The notes under the pieces: model-generated
What the model was told of the DNA's origin: nothing
Databases searched by the model: none
Seen by the model: only the letters and a program-made list of their open reading frames with translations
DNA from: Stylophora pistillata
Taxonomy: Eukaryota
DNA length: 64,000 bases
Direction of reading: 5' to 3'
Assembly: GCF_002571385.2 (NCBI RefSeq)
Contig: NW_019217808.1
Location: forward strand, 809,151 to 873,150
In this document: positions 29,761-39,700 of the stretch, piece after piece
Layout of the letters: every line of letters begins with the position of its first letter
How positions within the stretch are numbered: position 1 is the first letter of the stretch
Program-made: the position numbers and the translations under genes

Positions 29761-29936
29761 AAAACAATAAACACACCAATGTCTCCTTGAATTACTGTAA
29801 AATATTGTAGAAGTCCAAGCTTTCGCCGCTCAACAGCATCATCTGGGACGGATGATGCCGCCGAGCAGCGAAAGCTCGGACTTTACAATATTTTACAGTA
29901 ATTCAAGGTCACATTAGTGTTTTAATTTATTGTTTC
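29761..29936. mobile_element. Fold-back (inverted) Penelope pLTR-type element with back-to-back hammerhead motifs
   Basis: ~85-bp imperfect inverted arms centred at 29844-29850. CACGTTGCAATA is directly repeated at ~29715 and ~29936. Confidence 0.65.
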
Positions 29937-30464
29937 ACGTTGCAATAGCTTAACGTTATGTTTCATCGACATTACGCCCACTTCGTTAACCTCCTCTTAT
30001 AGTTATTTTTGGTGAATTAATGCCTGAAAATACAGGGAAAAAAGAAAGAGACCCCTTTGAAATTTTCAAACTTGAGTAATCTCAGTTTTAAATGGACTGG
30101 GGGTTACTAAGCTGCAAAAGACGAAAGGTCATATTGATAACTAGGGGAGTTTCTTTAAAAATTTTAAGCTACTCTGACATCATTTAGGAATCAAATAATT
30201 TGGCTATATTTTTAAATTTGTTGTTTATATTGACAGTGACTCATTCTGACGTTTCCATTTGACAAAATGCTCAATAATAATCACGAATCTATAAACCCGA
30301 GAGTGCATACCATAATTCAACATCAAATGAACAGCGAAAGCAAAACAATAAATGAGTTAAAGCACCTAACTGGTCAACTTACTTTGGCCAATTATCGCGC
30401 CTTTAGTCCGTTAAAACGAAAAAGCAAAGTGAGATAAAAGAAGAGAGCTCGAGAGAATGCTGAC

Positions 30465-30652
30465 CTTCACGTAACACTGTTGCGACCTTTGCTCCAGTCC
30501 GCCATTTTGTTTTGATCGACGGTGAAAAGATGAGAGGGCCATGGGTTCTAAGTCTAGAAAAACTTGAAAAATTCGGCACTAGTATTTCGTGTAAGCTTAC
30601 TTTCCATGTCTTCCAATCCTGAAAGAGCGAAAAAGGCGAGGATTCTAAGAAG
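30465..30652. promoter_or_regulatory. Putative bidirectional promoter with two divergent first exons
   Basis: Minus: pyrimidine-rich start CTCTCATCTTTTC, YY1-like CAAAATGGCGG (~30499-30509) and donor AAG|gtcagc near 30465. Plus: cttactttccATG (30606) and a perfect donor AAG|gtaagt at 30652/30653. Confidence 0.5.
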
Positions 30653-30688
30653 GTAAGTAGTCTTGGAATGCAGCCCTCTAACCATAAT

Positions 30689-31023
30689 TTGGATATATCA
30701 ACAAAGTTGAAATGGTAAATTGGCCACAGTAATGATTACAAAAGCTGACGTTTCGAGCGTTAGCCCTTCGTCGGAGCGAATAGAGGAATTGTGGGTTGTG
30801 TGTGCTTTTAAAGGCAGAAAATGGAGCTACGTTATTGGTGGGAGCATGGCAACGAGAAAAACATGAATAAATTAGTGGAATGAAAAGCGTTCGTTGATCC
30901 CTGTGGGATTTAGACTGCCGGTTTGAAAGATGAGCTTTTGTTCAAGATTTTTACGGCTTTCCGTGCCACCTAAGTGCAAGGAAAGACCGCAGATTGCCAT
31001 ATGTTGCTTGGAATGATTAGGCA
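30689..31023 (-). mobile_element. Penelope-derived repeat with minimal hammerhead motif
   Basis: Minus strand CGCTCCGACGAAGGGCTAACGCTCGAAACGTCAGC (30743-30778). Near-identical copy at 54237-54415. Flanks taaccataa/taaccctaa resemble a target-site duplication. Confidence 0.75.
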
Positions 31024-31693
31024 TAACCCTAAGTTATGCAGTAGACAGGTCTCCTTCCTATCTGATGCTCAGTGCCGGAGTCAGTTGCGGACATTCATTC
31101 CCTCCACGAACAAGAATTTGCTGGTCTAAATTACGTCATCTAAATCAGACAGAATATCATAGTAATTCTTCTTCATTAAAATTTGTGTAATTTAACATTT
31201 TTAGCAGTGCTCCCCCAAAATAGACTTGATTTATGCCATGTACTGTCATTTATTTTCCATTTTTGTACATCTCTTTCATAAATTCTCATGCCTGGAACTA
31301 ACCTATATTGCAACTTCCGAAAGAGCATTCCCACCTTTCAATGACTAAGCACATAGTTTCGACAACTTTTATGATAAATTTTGAGAGAAGAATTCTAGGT
31401 CTTGAACACGCTCGTTCTCTTGTTGCGCTCCATAGAATTCAAATGTAGTGAAGCCAACATATGCACATCGGTACTATTGCACAAGAAAGGAAAAAATCTA
31501 AATTTGAGAACTGGTGAAGGGCACGGTGAGATGAAACTAATCCTGCAGTCTGATTGGTTACCGGTGTTTGTGTGACGATTTATGTTCGTGTAACGATTTA
31601 CGCATGCGTGACATTGTGAAAATTAATACTCATTAGGTAATTCGACTTTTGTGTAGAAATAATAGGTTGATGAAGCGTCTCAGTTTCTAGGAT

Positions 31694-31704
31694 CTTTCGC
31701 TTTC
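31694..31704 (-). promoter_or_regulatory. ISRE/IRF-E-like motif upstream of the cGLR gene
   Basis: CTTTCGCTTTC reads GAAAGCGAAAG on minus (GAAANNGAAA), ~50 bp 5' of the predicted ATG. Confidence 0.4.
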
Positions 31705-31756
31705 GGAACGCTTCGTATGTTGGGCTCTACTTAATTCTTTTGGTGATTCGATAAAC

Positions 31757-34700
31757 ATGGAATCCTTTCACGAGGTATGTTTCCTTGATATTTTGGATTT
31801 GCTGTTACAAGCCTTATAGGTGGATGTCGTCATTCGGTTTAAATAGTTAACCACAACTGATGCGATCATCTTAATCTGTAAACAGTAGGATTTCAAGCGA
31901 CCAATATAGTCTGTACATACAGGAAGAAACTACGCCGTTGGTTAACGGCTTAAAATCCTGCAGTATGTATTTTACCGACTCAAAGAAACTACGCCGTAAG
32001 GTAACAGCGTAAAATCTTACAGTGTGAAGGTACTTGAAGGACACCCAAGCAAACCAAAGGATGGAATCTTGAACGCAATGTTGACATTTCGTTTCGTTTC
32101 GCTGAATACCGTAGGCCCCGACAACGTAATTTCTTCTAGTTTGCGCACAGTCTGAAATAGGAGTTCACGCAGTTAACTTGCGGCTTAAAATCGTGCAGTC
32201 GGGAACGTGTATACTAAAGGATTTTACGCCGTGCGTAAAATCGTACAGTCGGACACATACATATTGTAAGTTTTTACGCTGTTAACTAACCGCGTAATTT
32301 CCTTCAGCATGTTTATATCCATATTGTAAGATTTTAAGCCGTTAACTCACGCAACTTATGTTAAGATGGCTTACTTCTTCTAATTGAATAAATGGGGGGA
32401 TTCATCTGCTAAAACGAAACAAACACATCAAAACGGATTCAAATACTTATTTTATTTCTAAAATACGCAGCATTGTGTAAGGGTATTATCTTCAGTCAGG
32501 GAGGCTAACATTCCAACAGATTCTCGGCCGAGCAACGGTGTTCACTCGCGCCTATATTTCATTCTGTCACAGTTGTTTAGTTGTTTGGGATAATTGTCGC
32601 GCGAGGAAAAGCATTCTTTTCTTGCTCTAAAATTCTATGAAGCTATTATCGAGATTACATTCCCTTCTTCGGTTACTCTTAAATTCTATGAAGCTATTAT
32701 CGAGATTACATTCCCTTCTTCGGTTACTCTTAAATTCTATGAAGCTATTATCGAGATTACATTCCCTTCTTCAGTTACTCTTAAATTCTATGGAGCCATT
32801 TCCGAGATTAGCCTGCAGAACAGGTGTATTTTTTATTTTTGGCGTTTTTCAGGCAAAAAACAAAATAATAAATAGATAATGAACGCCGGGATTTTGCGTT
32901 CCTCCCCTGGTGCGTGACTCGCGCTGTTCTACAGGGTATTTCAGTGATAAACGGACTCAACTCCGAATAAGCGTCCAGTAAATATTACTTTAGAATAATT
33001 CTGATCTCGTTCATATTTTGTTCAGTACGTACTTCGTTTTTCGAGTGTCTCGCTTGGCTTTCTCTCCGTGCCGTGCAGCTGATAAATTTTTCCTAAGATA
33101 ATATTAACTTTGATTTGAATAAGTTCCGAGGGGGGGGGGTGGATAGGAAATAGTGATACTGCTAGTTGTTTCATGCTAAAGAAACTGGAATTAGTCCAGC
33201 TGAGTGGGCCTTTAGGTGGCTCGAGCAGTCTCAGCAATTCCGGAATATTGAAAATTGATACTGACCTCCTTCGCGAGTAAACGATAAGTGGAAGAAGAGG
33301 CACACCAGTAAAAACATGTACATTACAAAACTCTATTTTATGACTTTATGAGAATAAAACGGCTATGGTCTGATCTGCTCTGATTGTAGGTTACTAGGCC
33401 TCTGTAAAATGTAACCCAAAATTCCTAAATAAATTCATCATAAGTAAGAAGTTCCATTTATGTGTGGATGGTATGAATTTTTTTCCAGGAACCGGCCTTT
33501 ACCCAGTTTGATGAGACATCCAATTTATGGCCTGAGCCTTTTTCCACCCTGATGAGCTGCATGTTCCCAGTGGAGTACGTGTATTCTGATTGGTTTCAAT
33601 GGCAGGCAACCATCGAGGCACAGCGAAGAGTTCCAGAATCTCTCTGCAGCTTATCCAGAGACTATTTTGAGGCTGGAAGTCGAGTTGAAGGGTTTTGCAT
33701 TCCCCAGTTCATTCTCAGGAACAGTGACATTGATCGAGGCAATGCACTTGATATCAAGGAACAGTGGCAGCCCGATCTTGACCTGATGAAAGTCGATGAT
33801 TTCTTTGTCGAAACTAATGAAAAGAGCAAGATACCAATATTCATTGTTGAACATTTAGAAGATGATCCAAAGTATGCCAAGTTGAGGTTGACCGATGGCT
33901 TCAAGGAGCATGATTCGCGTTTTAAGAACGTTTCCTATCTTAACCACTCGTACCTGCTTCCTCATGCAGATCACCCCATGGCTGGCCGCCCATGGACCCA
34001 TGTTAGTGGCGAAAAGGGTGAGTGGTCGTACAACATGCATGGTCCGGTACGTAAACTCATGTCAGCCGGCTTTCCATCTTACGAAGAGGATCAGACAGAT
34101 GTTTTCAAGTATCCAATCGCATGGCCTGAGCCTGCTATGGAATGGTTGGTCCGATCTCGCCCAAGTGGTTGGCCCTCTTCTGAGCTTGTCCAAGAAGTAT
34201 TTGACAGTGGTTGTCATTTAGCACCTGTTGGTAGAGGGAAGCGCATCGATGAGCCCATTGATACCTTTGTGTACTACCAAAATCCAGGACAGTCAGCGAC
34301 GAATTCTGCAACGACTGATCCTGAGGGTAAATGGGCCATGGAAGAAACTGAGTGGAGAATTTCATTTTCACTGGCGGAAAACAAGCTTGGAGGGAGTGTT
34401 TCACCCGTTCAACGGCACGTTATGGTTTTGTTGAAGATGATCAAGAAGGCTTACTTTCCAGATGTTATTTCGACGTATTACTTGAAGAACCTGCTGTTCT
34501 GGGAATGCGAGAGTAAAGGAGAAGCCTTCTGGAAAGAAGTCAACTCCTCCAGGTGCCTACTGTTTATGTTGGATCGTCTACACGAGTGCCTAGAGACCTT
34601 GCATCTTCCACATTACTTCATGCCTCAGAGCAACCTTCTTCAATATGACGACACCGCTAATCTCAAAGAAGCTGCCGTTGCTGTCGCTGAGGTGAGGAGA

Positions 34701-35447
34701 AAGATACTACCGAAGACGGTCGGTCTGTTGAAGAGGCTTCAATCACTAACGTTTCAGTCAAACACGTATTTGCGAGATGTTGGCGTACTACTGAAGGATC
34801 ATCTGCTTAAGATGCAGGACAGACATCTGTCTGAGGAAGATCATGGAAAGCTGCTTGCGACTCTTCACTCACTTTTTGTAGGCAAAAGCAAGGACGTAAT
34901 AAAGAGTTTGCTAAGAATCGTGCCTGAACCTGATAAAGGTAAAGGAGTAGAAAGTCTGTTGAACATTGCTTTATATGCTTACCAGTCGATACTTGCCAGA
35001 AATTTGTGCAAGCTGTGGTTCTTAATGACCAAAGATAAAGACACTAAAGACGGAAAGGAGGAGGAGGATGAGTTTACGTCATTTGTACACGAAGAAGTGA
35101 GGGGGCTCTCTTTGGATGACGATCTTGTAGCACTGTCCCTCGCCTTCTTCCACAGCGCGAAAAACGGAACGGAGCCATCGTGGTCGGTTCCTAATTCAAG
35201 GGCGATGAAATACATCAGAGAAGAACAGGTGAGAATGGCTGTCGAGAGCACAGAAAGTCTACGTGCAGAATTACCGGCCTCAATCAGCTGGTTAAAGGTT
35301 AGCAACCTGAAAGAAGCTGCAGAAAGAGCAACAAAGAAGTTAAGAGAGAATCACACGGGCAGCACACTCACAAAAAAAGTGATCATGAGTGCACTTGAAA
35401 AGGAAGTTCAAGTACTTTATGGAGAAAGAACAACGGAAAAAAAGTAA
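31757..35447 (+). CDS. cGAS-like receptor (cGLR) / Mab-21 family nucleotidyltransferase with C-terminal helical extension, ~658 aa
   Basis: The 631-aa ORF 33552-35447 stays open upstream to a phase-0 acceptor (ttttccag|33489). Predicted first coding exon 31757-31774 (aaacATGG, MESFHE|gtatgt). Motifs: AGSRVEG, PDLDLM, HGP..EED, WP..A.EW..R.R..GWP..ELV......GCHLAP, EWRISFSLAE, LLKMIKK, STYYLKNLLFWECE, LPHYFMPQSNLL. The family call is strong; exon 1 is inferred. Confidence 0.9.
32629..32810 (+). repeat. 45-bp tandem repeat, ~3.7 near-identical copies (cGLR intron)
   Basis: Unit AAATTCTATGAAGCTATTATCGAGATTACATTCCCTTCTTCGGTTACTCTT-like. It explains the repetitive ORFs at 32594 and 32637. Confidence 0.9.
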
Positions 35448-36362
35448 TTTTTTTAAAAGGAAGGAACGAAGTTGTAGGCAAAAGTTTAGCGAAATACATA
35501 ACTGGGGCAAAGGACATGGACCAAAAATTAAATACTCTTGCGTAGAAACAGTCTGATAAAGTGTTAAAGTGCGCCACTTTGGCGCTGACTCTTTCATAGT
35601 CGTCTCAACGCGCGTGAAACCGACACGGCAAGATAGGAGCGCGAAGTGTGATGGGTAGGAAGAGAATCCTTTAATTTCTTATATTAACATTCATAATTTA
35701 GGGTGAGATAAGAGGTTTTTCAATGGGTGCAATGCACTTTTTACTACGCAAGATAGTACGGCCAATATGTGCACCTGTGTATACTCAGTATTAGACAAGC
35801 AAAAGAAAACAGAAAAATCTCAAAATGATTTATTCCTTGTATAAAGGCCGATCAATGAATAATTTTTATAAACTACATTTCTAGCGCAACTATGTAGTTT
35901 CAAGAGTCAGCGTATGGTCTTTCAGCAAAAACAATTTAAGTATCTTTGGTCAATTCTTAACCTTAAGACATTTGCAATATCATTATTTCAAATAAATACC
36001 ATCCTTGTTAAGTTTTAGTTTGCTTGTTTATGGTATATTCTGATTTACTTTCTGTTATCATCAATCGAGACAGGAAGGGACAAAAAGAAAGAAATCACAC
36101 TCCGCACAGCTGATTGTACAGATCGTATACAACATAAACATCCCTTGCTACACAAAAACAATTATCACAATGCTAATTAAACCTTGGTTTTGCATCTCAT
36201 TAACCCTTCACGCCCTAATATCGGTTTGCGTAAACTGCACACTTTTCTCTGCACAATTCCTGTGGTATTAACAAAAGGAATTGTTCAAACAATCAGTCCC
36301 TAGTTAGTGATTATTTCCTTTATTCTCATGAGCTTAGTGTTTGATTCAGATCTAATATTGAA

Positions 36363-36589
36363 AGGGGCCCACCATTTAACTTTTGAGGGGGGGTGGGTGA
36401 TTTCTGGTCATCAAGATTTTTTTTTCTAGCAATCTGCTGTGCAGGATATTTTTTCCGTTCTAAATGCTCTTATTTTCTGTTACATTTGGGCTGCATACAA
36501 TTTTTTTCTTCCAAGAAGCGCTTGCGGGAAATTTTTTCAAAATCACCCACACCCACACCCCCCCTCAAGAGTTAAATGGTCGGCCCCTA
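36363..36589. mobile_element. PIF/Harbinger-like MITE nested in a TTAA-type MITE (36200-36633)
   Basis: TIRs AGGGGCCCACCATTTAACTTTTGAGGGGGG / CCCCCTCAAGAGTTAAATGGTCGGCCCCT. The host element is bounded by TTAACCCTT...AAGGGTTAA. Confidence 0.75.
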
Positions 36590-36789
36590 AGGAGAGTTAA
36601 GATGGCAATCACCCTTTGGTGTTAAAGGGTTAATGACGGTTTTGAAACATTACGGAACAGATGAAGTTCAGTCGACGTTAAAAACCAGTCGTTTCGCATG
36701 AATCAATTCTCCTTTGATTCCTAGGCAAGTTAGGTTTTGACAAAGTTGCGCGGGAACTGTCTTAAATTCTTTGCGATACTTGGCAATCG

Positions 36790-39700
36790 CTATAGTTTGC
36801 TGCTGATAGCTTGCGCCATGCCTGGAGATTCATCATCAAACGCAGCACGTAGAACATCCTCTACCCGGTTGACCAAGATAAAGTCCATCTCGTCCTTGAG
36901 AAAAAAACATAAGCGAATACATAACAAATGATGACTAAGAACATTTGAGGAAAAAGTCGTTTTTATTTTAGTTCCGCAGAAGAAGTGAATCCCATCCACT
37001 CCACTTCGCGCAGCATGATTAACTACAATTAACATGATTAACTACAATTTTTCAACTACCAAGTCTAAAACTGATCCCTTCAATAGGTCCAAAACTTTTC
37101 CCTTTTTGACGATCGGGTTAGTATAATAAACGTTGCTCCCACAATAAAAGCAAGAGGGAAATAAAATGTCATTCTGTGATATTCTTATTAACAGCTGTCC
37201 CGGTGAAGTGCTCTTTAATCACTAGTAAGAAGGAGTGAAGGGTTTATTTTGCCTTAAAAATTTCTCTCTGACGTGGACAAACTAAGCATACTGTTCGATT
37301 TCTCAAACTTCTTACCTTCACGTTATCTGGCAGCTCTGAAAGATCCTGAACAGTAGTGAACAAAACGACAATGAAAAAAGTAAACACGCATATTTTGATA
37401 TGATTTGAGATTATTCTGTAGAGACTGCAAACGCTCTAATGAAAACTCGTTCTCTCTCTAATAAGATCCCCATTCCTCTCTAACAAATCCCACCCCTTCT
37501 ACGATAAACTCCCTACATCCTCTCTCAAGCCTTCGCACTTCTCTAATAGTCCCCAACCCCTCTCTGAAAAGTTATCTACCCCTCTCTATTGTGTTTCTAC
37601 CTCTCTCTTATAACTCCTCGCCCCCACTCTAATAAGCTCCCCGTTCCCTCTGATGAGTCCTCTAACCCCTCTTTGATAAAGCCACCCACTCCCTCCCTAA
37701 TATGCCCCCTACCCTCCACTCTAACAAGCCCCTATCCCTCTTTGATAAGCTCCCTATCCCCCACTAATACACCCCTCTACCATCTCTCTAATTTGCTTCC
37801 TCCCCGTCTCTGATAAGAGCTTCCCCTTTCTCTGCAAAGCCCCGCCACCTCCTCTCTACCAAGTCCTCCTAGTTAAGTCCAAGCTCGTCCATTCATCGTT
37901 AATTAGCTTTGTCCAATTTTTACTAACCTTTTCGTTTCTTCGCGGTAGTATCACCCTTCTTAGTCCAGCCCTGTGTGCCGCTAATACTTTTTCCTTGATT
38001 CCACCGACCTACAAGAAAAAAAAGATCCAATAAGTTTTTTTCTTCTTCGCTAATAAAGTATCAATGCCTATGTAAAATTAGTATAATTTCAGAGCTGAGC
38101 AAAGAGTTTCCAGCAATCTGATTGGTCGAGCGGTTCTTTATATGACGTTATATAAACCGCTCCACGCGGTTTATATAAAATGTTAAAATAAAATGTTAAT
38201 AAATGTTACTAAAATGTTATGATTTTAGAAATTTCTCTGTTGCTCTGCTCTGAAATTATACTAAAACAATTATTCGCCTCAGGTTCGGTGAATATTGTCG
38301 AATAATCCCCTCGACTTCGTCTCGGGGATTATTCGACGATATTCACCTTGCCTTCGGCGAATAATTGTTTAATAATACAATCGCTGCAAGGAGCATAACA
38401 GAACAATCCTTACCGGTAGAACAAGCCCCCTCAAGGTTATTTCACCGGTCATGGCTGTGTCTGAGCGGGTACATCGGCCGCTGATAAAGGAAGAGTAGAA
38501 CGCGAGATATTAGCAAATGTACAACAAATTTACCTACAAAATAAAAGAAAGTGATGCCATATAAAGTAAGATACGTTTACCAATGTTACTATCGTACCAG
38601 AGCATGATTGTATTGTGTTAGAGGATTTCTAATACTAGGATGGGAGGAGCCCACAAAGAGTTTTCACTGGAGAAAAGTTTTAGAAAATCAACTCAACTCT
38701 TTCCTCCTCTTCGCTCTCTCACAAACTTTTCCATCTCTTTCTTTAACATGTGGGGAAATTGTGTAAAGTGAAAGAGAAGGATGATGATTTTTTATCGCGA
38801 TCTTCGAATTCCTAAACACTCCCTGTAGCTCATTGGTAGACTAACAGATCATGAAATCCAAAGAGCCGGGGTTCGCATCCTCGTGGGGACTCAGGGTTTT
38901 TTTTTTTTTTTTGTCGACCCAGTACCTTCGGTCCTGCTTTTCGATTCATTGTCGTGAAACGAAACAAAGGTTCTCATAATGATCAGAAAGAACACAGGCT
39001 AATTTAATCAGGAGCAGTGAGAGCTCAAAGTGAACAAATGAAAAGGAAAGTGTGAGTGAACAAGTTGCGATTTGTTTTAGTCGAGCCACTGTTTCGTTGA
39101 AAGTGTAGTACGAGTTTAAAGGCCTAATGACGAAGGCCGGGTAAAACCTTAGAAGTAACACAGTCCCGGGTAAATTGGACACTTAGTGGAATATTGTCCT
39201 CTCTACCTGAAAAGCGAGACAAGAACAGTAACAATAGTAACACCAGCAGATGGACCGTCTTTGCCAACAGCGCCTGCTGGGAAATGAATGTGTACATCTG
39301 TGCGCTCAAGTAGATCCACGCCGTCCTCCGATGTCAGACAGTACTGCAGTGGTTGGGAGAAAAGGATACAACACTTAGTTATTATCGGACAAATACAATA
39401 TCCATGTAAAGTTGGAACGTAATTAACCCCAATTCCTCGAGACTTTCTAAAAGGCGTACAGAGTTATGACTTAACAAGCAAGGGAGCAAATTCTTCCAAA
39501 TCCCGGAAACTGAATCGCCACCAACTTGAAACTGCAGCGTTGTGAGAACGGGGTTATATTTGGTACTTCCCCATAAAAACCCTTGAAAATACTCCAGAGG
39601 ATGAAGGATGAGGTCATATTGCGAACAAAACGTTTGATAAAATCTCGGAGACCACCATTTGGTTCACACTAACAGTTGCACGTTACTTTCCTGTATTAAA

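Noticed and set aside
29550-31200. Intronic snoRNA candidates (ATGATGT...CTGA at ~30082-30186; AGATAA...ACA near 29560; ATGATTA...CTGA near 31013-31065)
   Set aside because: Boxes are imperfect, terminal stems are absent or hairpins too short, and one C-box lies within a Penelope fragment. Not supportable without Infernal.
32594-32879. Repetitive ORFs (LKFYEAIIEITFPSSVT)n and (MKLLSRLHSLLRLLLNS)n; possible CRISPR-like array
   Set aside because: A pure tandem repeat with no unique spacers, inside a eukaryotic intron. The ORFs arise from a stop-free repeat unit.
33651-35597. Antisense and alternate-frame ORFs overlapping the cGLR
   Set aside because: Shadow ORFs of the long coding exon.
38820-38890. 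tRNA gene
   Set aside because: A and B boxes are present but there is no cloverleaf acceptor stem, and it continues into a SINE body.
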